Part shown: one piece after another, positions 39,586 through 55,068 of the stretch
Numbering within the stretch: the first letter of the stretch is position 1
How the letters are laid out: every line of letters begins with the position of its first letter
The notes under the pieces: model-generated
Seen by the model: the letters and a program-made list of their open reading frames with translations, nothing else
Databases searched by the model: none
What the model was told of the DNA's origin: nothing
Translations under genes and position numbers: made by a program
Assembly (NCBI GenBank): GCA_964016885.1
Contig: OZ024747.1
Location: 64,914,001 to 64,978,000, forward strand
Direction: 5' to 3'
Length of the DNA stretch: 64,000 nt
From: Eledone cirrhosa
Lineage: Eukaryota

Positions 39586-39991
39586 GTGTGTGTGTATGTG
39601 TGTGTGTCGATGGCTGGATGAATGTTCGTATGCATATATGTATATATGTATGCATGCATGTATATATGTATATATGTATTTATGTAGGTAAGTATTTATA
39701 AATGTGTATGCATATATGTATATATGTATGCATGCATGTATATATGTATATATGTATATATGTATTTATGTAGGTAAGTATTTATAAATGTGTATGTATA
39801 TATGTATGTATGTCTTTATGGATTTATTTATGTATGTATGTGTATATAATGGAATGCATATATGAAAGTTGTACTAACATTACTTCCTATGTTATAGCAC
39901 GAAGAAAATGGCTATACTAGCTGAAATTAAAAATGCAGTGAACCGCATATATATGGCTTCCAATACATATTTAAATATGTGTGTATATGCA

Positions 39992-40085
<94 letters not shown>

Positions 40086-40086
40086 G

Positions 40087-40127
<41 letters not shown>

Positions 40128-40143
40128 TGTATTTGGATGTGTG

Positions 40144-40185
<42 letters not shown>

Positions 40186-40189
40186 TGTA

Positions 40190-40242
<53 letters not shown>

Positions 40243-40263
40243 TGGGATGTGTGTATGTATATA

Positions 40264-40313
<50 letters not shown>

Positions 40314-40727
40314 CATATATGTATGTATATATATAATTATATATATATATATACACATATACATATACACATATATCTGCGTATATATATATGTATATAT
40401 ATATATATATATATATACATAAAACAGAGATAAACACAGATATATATATATACATATATGTGTTCAAATCATAAGGGACCGATGGATGATTGGTAGTTAC
40501 CACAATTCCGGTTTGCATTTATTTTCTATTGTCCATAGTTGCTATTTTTTTCACCTTAGCGAATCTGGTCCCTTACGATTTGAACACATATATGTAGGTA
40601 TCTGTGTTTATCTTTCTTTTATATTCAATTATAATATACGACTCGGAAAAATCTCTTTCCTAGAGCTATTTTATTGTAAGAGACTATTTTGAGTTTCTAA
40701 CTCAATATATACCTGCATATATATATA

Positions 40728-40799
<72 letters not shown>

Positions 40800-41084
40800 C
40801 ATTTATATATATATATATATATATACATTTATATATATATATATATATATATATACATTTTTATATATATATATATATATATACATTTATATATATATAT
40901 ATACATTTATATATATATATATACATTTATATATATATATATATACATATTTATATATATATATATATACATATTTATATATATATACATTTTTATATAT
41001 ATATATATATATACATTTATATATATATATATATACATTTATATATATATATATATATATATACATTTATATATATATATATAC

Positions 41085-41142
<58 letters not shown>

Positions 41143-41692
41143 TTTTTTTTTCATGCAAACATATACGCATAGTTATGCATATAAATATGTGTTGAACGCC
41201 ATATGTATGCATATATTGACATATATATATGGGTGTGTATGTGTGTGTTGACGTATGTATGTATGTGTGTGGTTGTATCAGAGAATGTGTTGATTTTGTA
41301 AGTATGAATGTGTGTAAATCATTCATTATATACATTTGTGAACGATAACCTAGTTGGATGTTTGTTCTCATCTACGGATTCGTTGGGCGAATAAAACTTC
41401 ACTTCTACAAATACACATACATATATATATACACATATACAAACATACATACACACATACATAAATGCATACATACACACATACACACACACTGCATACA
41501 CACATATGCATACATATACACACACACATACACACACACATACATACATGCATACGCACAAATACATACATATATATACACACACACACTACATACACAC
41601 ACACATACATACATATGCACGCACACACATACATACATACACATACATACATACTCATACGTACACATATATATATGTGTTTGTGTGCGTGG

Positions 41693-41789
<97 letters not shown>

Positions 41790-42291
41790 TACATATACCC
41801 GATTGTGTAACATCAGTTTCTTTTGCTATTGTATTAGATGTTTAATTCTCTAGTACAGAAAGATTCCCCTGCAGGCAATATCGTGTCTTTTCAATATAAA
41901 TCATTATTCCAAATTGTCATTAGTTTAAAATAAACTAAACAATATTCTATCATGTTAATATTCGTTTTATTTTTTTATTTTTTATTTTATTATTATTATT
42001 TTTTTTTTTTTCTATTATGTATCGCTATAGAAAACTTTAAATGAACTTTGCTTCAATTGACTCATGAGTTTTAAGAAAGAAATATCGTGTTTTCTTCTAC
42101 GAATAAATAAGTTTTTTTTTTTTTTATGCAATAGTTTAAATGTTTACGAGTTCATTTACAGAACATTGGTGGACATTATAATTGTTAATATGTTCCTCAG
42201 CATTCTTATAAGTATCTATAAACAATTGTAATAAAATTACATAATAACTCTCAGTTGGTGCTATAAAATTAGAATTAGTAATTATATATAC

Positions 42292-42395
<104 letters not shown>

Positions 42396-42527
42396 GTAAT
42401 CTGAGTTTTTCGAATATTAATAATAACATTCGATTCGTTTGCAATTATGCAAACAAGCCTCATTTTTAAAGCCATGTCAGTAGAATGAACCCTTCATTCT
42501 TGCTTTTGTGTTGGCATGTAAACTGAA

Positions 42528-42571
42528 CTTAAGACACTAATGTTTCTGGGTATCACCCTTCATCAGTACAG
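42528..42571 (-). ncRNA. Family W hammerhead (element 42392-42612)
   Basis: CTGTA-CTGATGA-AGGGTGATACCCA-GAAA-CATTAGTG-TC-TTAAG; core and stems II/III intact, stem I decayed. Confidence 0.7.
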
Positions 42572-42633
42572 CTCACTGTTCACTTGCCAACTGTCAGAGC
42601 TAGTGAAAATATATGCTATTTTCAAAAATATAC

Positions 42634-42752
42634 ACTGACTGATCGGCCTGATTTGCATATTAGCAGACTGGCTGATCAGTCAGATCTGCATATTAGCAGA
42701 TCCACTGATCCACTGATCAGCCAGATTTGCATATCAGCAGACTGGCCAGTCA
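42634..42752. repeat. ~30-bp minisatellite, about 3.5 copies
   Basis: CTGATCAGCCAGATTTGCATATTAGCAGA-like unit. Confidence 0.8.
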
Positions 42753-43754
42753 GTTTCCTGTATACAAGCGATTAATAATAATATATATACAGTATAGCGT
42801 GAAATTAATAAACATTCGTTGTACTGCCTCTCTGTTTTGTTCCTGTTCAAATTTTTCCATTATATATATACGATATATGTGTTAGGACGCTCGAAGTCAA
42901 CTTAACTCTTCTGGCCATCAGTCGTTGGTATCCTATTTTCAGACATATGTTACTAATTCCCCTGCTTTATTTAGCAATGTAGTTTATTATACATACCTGA
43001 AAGTCCTTACATTTCAGCAATAACTGACGGATGCTTTTGGAAAGATACTATCATAATATCCGGACAGATGTGTATCTATCATCACACAATACCAAGAAAC
43101 TATAACTATTCGTCGATCTTAAACGTTCGTAACATTTTCCATTTGATTGTCGAAGTGTAAATGAAACGAAAATAAAAACAGACGTAACAGAAAACGATAT
43201 CAGAAACACGGTTCACTGGAAGTTTACCTTCTTAATGCACTGCGTTCACTTATAGCGTGAATATCTCGTTAAAGATGAAACCTACACATACATAGTGATC
43301 AAAACTATTGGCTACTGAAGATGTGACTACTGCGATGTTTGAGAACTTCTGGAAAATTATTACTAAAATAAATGAAGCGAGATAACAACTAGCAATCTTC
43401 CTAAACTATGCTCAACATTCAAAAAGAATTATAGGCATCTGTTTTTGTTTTTTTCTAAGCAGCATTTTCACTATAACAAAAGTTGATGTTTGTTCGAGCA
43501 CAGAATGTCAGGCCAAATATGGCTGAATGAGTAGCAATCCGAGCGGATGACTAGCCATGAGGCTAGAGAGTTGTATTCTGTTACCGGTTTGTTCTGTATC
43601 CTGTCAAAGACCAACATATTTAATTCACAAATTACCTTCTTAACTTTAATATAAAGCAATGCCACTTGGTTGGAACAAATGTTTACTTAATGCACAAGTC
43701 ACATCTTAAAATGACGAGTGTTTCACTGGTTTGCTATTTATACATTCGTTCGTA

Positions 43755-44098
<344 letters not shown>

Positions 44099-44152
44099 TC
44101 ATACACACAAAGTCTTATCAGTTTCACGCTTTATATTGAAAAGAGGAAAGAA

Positions 44153-44190
44153 AGTTCGACTTGTCGGGCATAAGCCCTCCTTCAGGAGTA
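44153..44190 (-). ncRNA. Degenerate minimal hammerhead
   Basis: CTGAAGG-AGGGCTTATGCCC-GACA-AGTCGA; two core substitutions. Confidence 0.45.
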
Positions 44191-44326
44191 CAAAATAGAG
44201 ACAGGATCACAAAGGAGAAACAGAAAAAAGGTCCAAGTAAGGAAAGCAAATCGAAGATGAAGAGTGTAAACAAGAGTCTTGGTAACGAGTTGAAACGCAA
44301 AGTGTAGTGTGTGTGTGTTAGTGCCG

Positions 44327-44416
<90 letters not shown>

Positions 44417-44439
44417 ATACTTGGAGGGGGGGCATATTG

Positions 44440-44680
44440 TTGTAATAATATTGCCAGAAATAATAACACACTCACTGTTTTGTTGGTTTTCGCTTCTGTA
44501 TATTTTATAACTCCACAGTTAATTCATTTGGTCCTCAATGTTTATCATTGACTGACCAACGGTCAAAAATACAGATATAATATAGATATAAACACATATA
44601 TATAGTCTAACAAAGTTCTTTCGTTGCACATCTGCAACATCATCAGTGGTACTGTTATGTTCCTCCTGTTGTATTGTATG
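44440..44680 (-). mobile_element. Family H with HHR core (other copies 13570-13658, 35550-35680, 62680-62885)
   Basis: CCA-CTGATGA-TGTTGCAGATGTGCAAC-GAAA at 44619-44650; shared ACAGAAGCGAAAA..AAACAGTGAGTGTGTT. Confidence 0.65.
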
Positions 44681-45265
44681 TCTACGCCATTCTTATTTTA
44701 TCTGTTTATTTATTTATTTATTTTTGTCTTCTCTGCGCATGCGTTTGCGTGTGTGTATAGTGTTTGGTGTGTGTTCGCGTTTGGGTGACTGTGTTTTGGT
44801 TATTGTATTCTATCTTAGTTTACTAGTGTGTCTTTATATGTCTTTGTTGTTATTGTGCTTGTGTATATATTTATTTATTTATTTAGTTACATTTCTCTTA
44901 AGTCAGTATTGTTTGTGTTTAGCTTTGGCCTTCTAAACTCTATTTCGCTTGCCTCTCTGATTTGCCTATCTGCTGGGTCATTTCTATGTTTAGATATTAT
45001 TTTAATTTCTATGTTGTCTGTTACGTTCATGTTGTTGTCTGGCATGTTTGTATAGTATTGAACCGTTTTTTCGTCCTTTTAATTCCCCCCAGTGTTGGTC
45101 TATCCTTTCTCCTACGTCAAGTATAACAATATTTGTTTCGCCACACGATTTCATATCGAAATCCTCGCAAAACAAATTCATCGCCGTTATATTGATGTGG
45201 GATGCTTAAAGCGTCCGTAAGCAGGTGTAATTGGACATTTGTAAACTCTGCTTCGTAGAATCGAG

Positions 45266-45358
45266 ACGTAACTGAGGACCTTGCGATTTCAGAGTCAGGT
45301 TCAATCATTACATCGATTGTGCCTTGAGCTTGTCGCCAGAGAAACGATTGTAATATGT
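45266..45358 (+). ncRNA. Family I hammerhead with long stem II
   Basis: ACGTAA-CTGAGGA-(62 nt)-GAAA-CGATTG-TA-ATATGT then AATAAA and CAACACTGATTCT as at 12277-12290. Confidence 0.7.
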
Positions 45359-45499
45359 CTAATAAATTGTATTCGTCGCAACACTGATTCTCCGTTTCTT
45401 ATGTTATATATATATACAGAGTGAGAGAGAGAGAGGGGGTGGAGATGTGCCAGAATATATGTGCTCTAGTAGAACGCGGATATATATAGCACACAGAAA

Positions 45500-46700
45500 T
45501 ATGAACAAAGATGAATGTGAATTGTACCTTAAATCAGAGGGATCAGAGGAAGCCAGTTGTGGAAAGCGGAATTGGTAAGAAAACCTGTTAGGGTGCAAGA
45601 TATTGCATATTGTAAGATAATGTACCATACAACAAAGGAAAATATAGAGCTTGTGGTTGAATTTCTAACATTGTTTTCTCATATATCAAAGTGTATATTG
45701 AAGAATTAGTATGACATGTGTATTATTGGAGAAAGTATTTGTTACTCTTAAACCACTCAGTGAAAAGTATATCCGACATGCGATTATTGGGTGTTCACAA
45801 AATTCCAATTCAGATTATACACAACTGGAAACACTGCTCCAGATAGTGCATAAATTTCTTAGAAGGCGACCTTCAAGAGAGGAAATTTAATTAAGGATAA
45901 TGACATTATACTAACTAAAGAAACAGTGATGAGAGAATTACAACAAAGACAGACATGCATAAACTGATGAATCAACACACAAACAATAATATTTTAGGAA
46001 GCAGTATTATAGACGGTTGTAGATTAAGAGGGAAAAGAGAGCCAGATGCATTAAACAAATATTTCATTGCGTTGAATTCTTACAATCCTGTTTGTACACA
46101 GTGTTATATTCCTTGTTACTTTAGTTGGAAGCATTAGTTCCTACTTCTCTAGAAGATGAAAGCTATATTGAAATGGGTATAAACATTAAAAATATGTTTC
46201 CCGGGTGGAGGTAAAGATGCACACATTCTGAAATGTTACTGTTTGAAAATAATCAAAAACAAAAACAGATTTAAATGAATTTGAAAATACAAATACGAAA
46301 TATAAATTAAAGTGCCCTGGTTCCACATTTAACATAGCTATATAACAACCATATACAATACCAGTATATGTCTAGCAAATCTTCAACACCTAGAATGTAT
46401 TCAACACTACTTGTTTAACTATAAAGATAAAAACTACATAAAACTGAGGAAAGTGTTTAGAGAACGTTATTTATTCGGGTGGAACAGAATTCTACTGCTC
46501 CGATTCCAATAACTTTAAACTATCAAGGGAAATTAATCAGAATTATATTAGTCAAGTTAAAACTAGTTACTGTTGGCAAACTGTATAGTTTGTAATGCAA
46601 TCAATCAAGATACAAAATGCTGGTAGAGTTAAAAGGTGTTGAACACCTGACGCCAATCTTGTGCATATTCAATAAGTGATATTATTGTAGGGAATCAGAC
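45500..46700 (+). pseudogene. Possible highly decayed non-LTR retrotransposon ORF
   Basis: A-rich coding-like composition; weak motifs DALNKYF and KLKCPG; many stops. Confidence 0.25.
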
Positions 46701-47125
46701 TGTTAAAAACACAGTTTCAGTGAAAACTGTCGCAGTCACACAAAACAACACTTACAAAAAGAGAATATTGTTTACGTACATGCATTCACACTCTTATATG
46801 TATATGTATATATAAATATATATTTATCACATGCACGCACTCACAAAGAGGTTAACACTTCTCACACATCCTACTACCACTTCCGGCCAGTAACGACATA
46901 CAGAGACAGAATAGATGGCGCATACAAGCTAAAAGGTGTTCTCTATTCTCCAAGGTTTTTGACTTCTAATGAGGAAAGAATTAAGGTCGTATTTGAATAA
47001 AGAACAGCTAACACAGAGCAGCTTTGTTACCTTCTTTTATCTGAAATCATACCACACCTTTCACATTATCATACCCTTCCCTTCGAATTACATACCTTCA
47101 TATATATATATATATATACACACAT

Positions 47126-47187
<62 letters not shown>

Positions 47188-47299
47188 TGGAAAGTGTGTA
47201 ATCGTTGACTGTATGCGCATGTTTTCTCATTTTTCTTATCATTTTTTTCCGCCCCTTCTTCTTCTCACTCTTTAACATTCTATTTTATATTCTATCTCT

Positions 47300-47336
47300 A
47301 ACTCTGATAAAGGACTTGTGTCCAAAACGTTAAGAC
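47300..47336 (+). ncRNA. Degenerate minimal hammerhead
   Basis: CTGATAA-AGGACTTGTGTCC-AAAA-CG-TT; two G-to-A changes from CTGATGA/GAAA. Confidence 0.5.
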
Positions 47337-47446
47337 ACTTTTCCTGTTATTTCAAGCATCAAATTAACATATTTCGTTTGCTTTGTTATATCTGTTTACT
47401 TTCTACATATATATTTCTATCCTGATTAATCAACATGTTATCGTAA

Positions 47447-47482
<36 letters not shown>

Positions 47483-47502
47483 ATATATATATATATGTGT
47501 GT

Positions 47503-47626
<124 letters not shown>

Positions 47627-48309
47627 ATGGTTTCTATATATACGAACATGGGTATTTGAGTGAGTTTAGTGTCGATCTAGTAGTTTCCGTTTGGCAACAA
47701 ACCTGAACCACATTCAGTCTTTCTATAAAAATTGAGATTCCTGAAGCGATTCTTTGCCAAATTTAACGACACCGGTTTACTTTTATCTTCAGTACATTCC
47801 CTTGATCAAGCCAGCGTGGATTAAAAGAATAATTGCCAATGACAAACTTTGAAACCTATAATAATTAGATGCCAAAGTTATCGAGATATATCCCTAAATC
47901 ACACAGATATTAGCAAAAGAATCTCTTCACGGAATTGTCCAAAGCGAACGGTTTCTCCAACCATATCATTATCACTTGGATCAAATTCATCAAACCATTT
48001 ATATTAGACAGTCATCCAAAAGAAAGACGTTAAGAACTACTAGACTAAACATTAATGGTTGGTGTTGCCATGTTAAATAATTCCTATTCAAAGCAAAAAT
48101 CAGTTATTTGAATTCAGATTTGGAAATAGGCAGAAGATCAAAAAATGCCAATAACATATATAATTCTCTAGATATAGTTTCCTTTGTAAGAAAATGTAAA
48201 AATTCCTAATTGCCACAACCGCAAAATAAAATTAAAGAAATGAGGGAAAATAAAAAGATATCAGTGTTTAATGATACAATAATTGTAGAATATACATTGT
48301 AGGATGGGA

Positions 48310-48600
48310 AGTGAATGCGCGCGACCGAGTGGTTAGGGTTATCGGCTCTTGGTTGTAGAATTGTGGGTTTGATTACTGGGCCATGTGATGTTGCATCTTT
48401 GCGAAATACACTTCATTTTACCTTGCTTCAGTCCCGACAGCTGGGTAATATGAGTACGAGCAGCAGCTGGGGTTAGGGGTTAAATCTGGTAAATGGACTG
48501 GTAAGCCGTGTCGGAAGGAGAGCCTTGTACCTTAAATCACTTAACACCAATGAAACTGGGATAAACTACGAACTGATGAGCTTCTAAGCTCAAGAAACTT
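48310..48600 (+). mobile_element. tRNA-derived SINE (second family)
   Basis: GTGAATGCGCGCGACCGAGTGGTTAGGG...GGGTTTGATTACTGG...ACACTTCATTTTACCTTGCTTCAGT. Confidence 0.65.
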
Positions 48601-49406
48601 ATAGAGTTTTTCCCAAATTATAAAACTTCAATTGGCAAAGAAACATAGTATTGACCGATTTAACATATATGATTTATAGTATTTGTTCCAACGCTTTACC
48701 TCCTCGGTTAAAATCCAGTCATGGTTCATTTTGTATATTATTTGGAATCGATGGAATGAAGTTCTAGTCAAGTACTGAAAGCATGAGTGATTGCTAGTCT
48801 TTCAAACTAACCTTGCTTCAGCGTGCGTTCTGAAGAGGAAACTTTCACTTTCAAATACCAACCGGTGGTTATCAATGACTGAAGAGGAGGGGGGGTTATC
48901 AATTAGTGCATGTCACTTGACTGTAAATATCGACCATATGGAAAGGCAATTGGCCGCTTTAAAAAACGAATAAAATAGTTAAATAAATGTGCACATATTA
49001 CAACTATTGTCTTGGGTGTGTATATAACTTTCAAATGAATGAATTATATTACATCTATACACATCTATGAAGGCTGTATCAAAATAACTGTTTGTTGGGA
49101 AACACACTAAACAACATATTGAAAAGATAAACGTAATCAAATATAAGCTGTCGTTAAATTGTTGAAAACACTTTTTTATGTTTCACGCACTAAATTCAAT
49201 AAATTTGAAATGTAAAACTCTTGCGAGATCTACATTTAAGATGTTTTACTATTTCGATCATAATTTTGATGTTTAAACGGTATCTTTTACATAATGGCAA
49301 ACAGTTGAGTAGCAAGAGTCAAGTTGATTGGATTGAAATATTAGTAAAGTATTTACATATATATATATATATGCGGGGGTATGGTGTGTGTGTGGTTGTG
49401 TGTATG

Positions 49407-49441
<35 letters not shown>

Positions 49442-49774
49442 CATTAAAATAGCAGAAGGCCGGAATGGAACATTTACTTCAGAATTTTAATTCCACGAAA
49501 GCACTATACAAATTTCGATGGCCCAGCCCTATCATCCGATTATGCAAAACTAGACGATTTCATCAGGTGATTTTTGCAGAATTATATAAAAGGATTGCGT
49601 TCAACCCAAACTTACAATAGAATATAGAAGATAGAAAAATAAAAAAATAGAAGAAATATATATATATATTTACCAATGCCTACACTAATCAAAACCAAAG
49701 ACCAACGTGGCACCCCACCCAACTGAATGTGAACTGGCAGCCTTAAGTATCTTTCACTCTGTCATTAAGGAATC

Positions 49775-49872
49775 CACAAGCCTGATGAGCTATCGATTCC
49801 AGAGTCGGGTACGATCTACACCAATGGATCTTGAGATGATCGGTCACGAAACACGGGTTACATGTGAATAAA
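49775..49872 (+). ncRNA. Family I hammerhead, decayed
   Basis: CTGATGA-GCTATCGATTCCAGAGTCGG...GAAA-CACGGG-TT-ACATGTG-AATAAA. Confidence 0.55.
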
Positions 49873-49875
49873 CAT

Positions 49876-50210
49876 AATAGAGTTATGGCCCTTTATGTCC
49901 TGAGTTCAAATCCACCGAGCTTAACTTTGCCTTTCATCTTTACGGGGCCGATAAAATAAAGCACCAGTAATGAACTGGGGTAATTGCTGGCCTTGTACCA
50001 AAAGTAAAAACATAATTATTATTATTATCATTATTGGCAATATCGGTAGAGCGTCAGACACTATGCTTTGTAGCATAGAGTTACGGCCCTTTAAGTTCTG
50101 AGTTCAAATCCCGCCGAGATTATATTTGCCATTCATCCTTACGGGGTCGATAAAATAAAGTACCAGTCACGCACTGGAGTCGATTTAATTGACTTTCCCC
50201 TCCCAAAATT
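49876..50210 (+). mobile_element. Two tandem SINE copies, major family
   Basis: Consensus body at ~49900 and ~50095. Confidence 0.8.
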
Positions 50211-50272
50211 ATATATATATATATAAGCAGTAAATAAAGGATTATGAGTTCATGCAATTGACTTATGTTTCG

Positions 50273-50342
<70 letters not shown>

Positions 50343-50400
50343 GAGAGAGAGGGGGGGGGGTCATTCAATAGTAAAAAAACAGAACATAATTATAGATATA

Positions 50401-50522
50401 CAGGGTGGCTCACAATCACTAGACCGTTTTCAAATATAATGATTTTTTTTTCACAATTAATTTATAGTAAATAAAAGTGTTATCATATTTTGAAATGGTT
50501 TAATAACTTTTGGGACACCCTG
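50401..50522. mobile_element. Tc1/mariner MITE
   Basis: TA-CAGGGTG...CACCCTG-TA. Confidence 0.65.
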
Positions 50523-51057
50523 TATATTATAGAAAACATTATGTAACGACACGAATTAACAGTAATAACATTAACGTTCACATAAAAACTCCATTTTGTT
50601 AATAGCTGCAGAAATTATTAACAGACTCTCCATAAAGTGAGGCCTGTTGTCAAATGTAACAAATGTCTATATAAAAGGATGAAAGTTATATAATATATTC
50701 ATATAGTTCAGCGACACAACGCTCTTAAGGGGATTTTCAGGATTTAATCGTTGTTATATCGATTTAAAAAACCCCAGTAATATACGCATATAATGTGAGT
50801 AGAATTTACAATTTATCTAAAATATTTACACATATATATTTACGTGAAATCAGCAAACTGGCTGACAACCAGAAGCCAAGAATCCTTATTCTCGATGTGG
50901 CAAAGTGCTCAATAGTTAAAAACCAGAGCTAAACAATGTGTTAAGAAGCCATACAAAACTGAAAAGGTGGTCAAGAAGGCATTAACCACCCAAGCTAAAA
51001 ACCAAATCAAGCTAAACAGGTCAAAACAAAATAAATGATAAAAAATAAATGATAACC

Positions 51058-51152
<95 letters not shown>

Positions 51153-51249
51153 TGTGTCTGTGTGTGTGTGTGTGTGTGTGTCTGTGTGTGTGTGTCTGTG
51201 TGTGTGTGTCTGTGTGTGTGTGTCTGTGTGTGTCTGTGTGTGTGTGTCT

Positions 51250-51338
<89 letters not shown>

Positions 51339-51365
51339 TATGTATGTGTAGATATAGATATATAT

Positions 51366-51411
<46 letters not shown>

Positions 51412-51858
51412 TGCTATCCCGGGGGAATCGAGAAATATAAGAAATAACAACATCCCTTATGTGTTCATGCGGATGAAACAATTCTGGCCCTGTAGAAACC
51501 ATTCCTATATAATATATATATGTGTGTGTGTGGGTGTATTCAAGGGTGTGCCCGTTTGTGCTTGTCTGTGTTGGTCTGTGTGGACTCTGCTAGTAACCAT
51601 AATAATGGTGTCAAGTGGAATAATGTAAGCACATTTAAAATTGCAGATAATTTAAGGAAATTTATTGAATAAATTAAATATGGTAAAAAATCACTCAAAT
51701 GGCAATTTATTATTCTCATACACCAGCCAACAAATACCCCAATGCTCAATTGAAAATATTTGTAAAACACCAAATCAAAAGTGTTTGGGACATTGAAGGA
51801 AATATCTCACGCTTGGTAAGTTCATTAGTATATGAATGACAGCTTTGTTTAAAGCTTA

Positions 51859-51907
<49 letters not shown>

Positions 51908-52062
51908 AGCTTTGGCTTGCATCAGACGCCGTGACCCAGGGTAGGCCAGCTGTACCCTCGGTAGGTGTCGAAACTGTTGAAGTCCATCTGGACGGCTGAA
52001 GACCTTGGAGTTCCGTGTCTTTCGTTGTCGTTTTCTTCTATTTGTTTATTTCCCTCATTTTG

Positions 52063-52150
<88 letters not shown>

Positions 52151-52224
52151 CTTCATTGTACCCTCGTTTGTTTTGTTATTTATGTTTCCTTTTAACACAT
52201 ATATATATATTTGTGTCTGTGTGT

Positions 52225-52373
<149 letters not shown>

Positions 52374-53020
52374 TGCTTGGGATATCGTTCAGGTGTCTTT
52401 TACGCAGAAAGAATTCAATTGTGAAAACATCACGTATGGAACAAAACACGCGTTATAATTATTCATTTGAAACCACGTATGTTAATTTAATTAATTAACC
52501 GGATCAAGTCTTCTATCGATTTCTGGTTTGAACTTCACGTGTTTATCAATTTATGGTTGTTTTGCTTTCTTTTGTTTTGTTTGTTTTCAAATAAGATTTG
52601 CTTCGCTTCGTTTTGCAGACATAAATCTTACTGAAAAACTGAGACGACAAACTGTGATCCATTCGTGATTTTCGTAAATTATGTTTCCTATCGCTTCCTT
52701 AAGTCACCAATCCCCAAGATGAAGATATTTATTTCATTAAGATTTTCATAACACTGGTGCTCGTTTAAATGCTTTGGAATTGCAAAGATAATAGAACATT
52801 GTACTAAATACTAGATACGGTGCAAGATTTCTATTATCGACTTTTGTCAGAAATTTTCTATATAATAGTGTAGTAATGTTATTTTAACTTTTGCGAACAC
52901 TCTCAGTTGCTCACAAGCAGTAATGTACATATATGAATATATACAAACACATACATATGCACGTGCTTTTATTCATTCCTCCCAGGTATTTCGTTGTTTT
53001 TTTGCGTATGTTTAATTGAT

Positions 53021-53051
<31 letters not shown>

Positions 53052-54562
53052 GATATATATGCATATATATATGTATGTATGTATGTATGTGTGTGTGTGA
53101 ATGTGTGAGGATGCAGGAGTTAAATTGTTATGTATATATATATATATATATATTTCTGTTGAGCTCTGCTGACGATTGAAATCCAACCGTGGCCATCTCC
53201 ACTGAAAGTTTTCATGAAATAGTATTTTAAGACTATACAGAGCATTTGATGTTATTCCAAATTGAAGGATAAGTGTTTTAAACTTTATTTTATCATGAGT
53301 TAAAGGTCTATTGATTTTTCCCTGGATTTCACTAAATTCTGTGGATGAATTTGTATCCTGATTCTCTTTTGAGATGAGTTTGAATTATTTTTCCTAAATC
53401 TTACGTGAACTACTTTTCCCATCTTGACGTTATAGTCGCATACGTTATATGTTATAGAATAACATGACGTTATATGTTATAGAATACTATTAGCTTCTCG
53501 CTACAACAATCTCTATACCTCTCATTTATAAATATATATATATATATCCACGTCATTGCATAACAACACCTACGATTGTATGAGCGTCTGATAAAGTCAT
53601 ATACATAACCATGTAACAGAAATATATATCATGCAATAAAGCAACTATGGTGAAGTCTTATCTACATTTAATTCGAAACATATATACATATATCGTTCTT
53701 TATTCAACAATATCTACTCATTATTTTTTACATTCTAATTGGTTAATTGTTCATTCTGTCACATAACTTCAGTCCAAGAATATAGCGTTGCAAGTAACCT
53801 TGGAATACTCAACCGCTTGAGTAGAAATTTAGTTGGCTGAACACCTGAATGCTTATTTTTCGGGATTGACCGAGAATCCCCTCATAAATGCTAACATATA
53901 TTTTTAATTGTATATTTCATTTCATTTTATTATATCTGCGAAGTTATACAAGAGGCCTGATATATCAACTTAGATATATATCAACCTAGATATATACAAA
54001 GCTTTAGTTTCTTCCGTTTGCATGCATATTTTACCACAACACCTAAAAAGAAAAAATGCACTTCAGCAAACCGTTATATTAGACTGCCAGCTGTGTCATT
54101 TACTTTACTTATATAATATATAATCAATCACGCGATCCCTCGCTAAGCAAAATTTCCCCTAAAAATATTTTAATGAGTTCTCATAATACTTTCTTTTATG
54201 TCATAAGTGTATCGTATCTACTTTGGCAACTTTCCATTTACTAATGATATCGTAGCTATGCATATCAGATCATCTTCTCATCAAAGGAAATAGAAATCAG
54301 GATCTTTTTTTCTGCTTTTCAACAGCTAAAGACAAGCTTTGTATGCAGTCAGCTCTTTATGTTCATGAATTAGCTATATCCTAAAGATCAGAATCTTTAA
54401 AATATTTTAAACATTTTTCACTGGTCGTGAAAAGAAATCATCATCATCCTCATCATCATCATATTATTATTATTATTTTTATTATTACCATTATTGTTAT
54501 TATTATTATTGTTATTATTATTATTATCATTATTATTATTATCATCATTATTATCATCATTA

Positions 54563-55014
54563 TTGGGTGAATTGGCAGTATAGGTAGAGGGTTGGACGCC
54601 ATGCTTTCTAGCATAGTTACGTCCCTTTACAGTCTGAGTTCAAATCCCGCCGAGGTTAACATTGCCTTTCATCCTTACAGGGTCGATAAAATAAAGTACC
54701 AGTAATATACTAGGTAAATGCTGGCCTTGTGCCTAAAGTAGAAACAATTATTATCATCATTATTATCATCAGCAACATTACTTCTACTACTACTACTACT
54801 ACTAATAATAATAATAATAATAATAATAATTGCTTCTACTTTAGGCACAAGGCCAGCAATTACCCAGTACATTACTGGTGCTTTATTTTATCGACCCCGT
54901 AAGGATGAAAGGCAAAGTTAACCTCGGCAGGATTTGAACTCAGACTGTAAAGGGACGTAACTATGTTAGAAAGCATGGCGTCCAACCATGCTTTCTAGCA
55001 TAGTTACGTCCCTT

Positions 55015-55016
<2 letters not shown>
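54563..55016. mobile_element. Tail-to-tail pair of major-family SINEs plus a short inverted stub
   Basis: Plus copy 54563-54755, minus copy 54828-54986, stub 54986-55016. Confidence 0.85.

Positions 55017-55068
<52 letters not shown>

Noticed and set aside
51905-52015. GACGCC..GGTGTC-GAAA-CT..AG-TC followed by CTGAAGA (type I or II HHR candidate)
   Set aside because: Core and stems cannot be made consistent in either topology.
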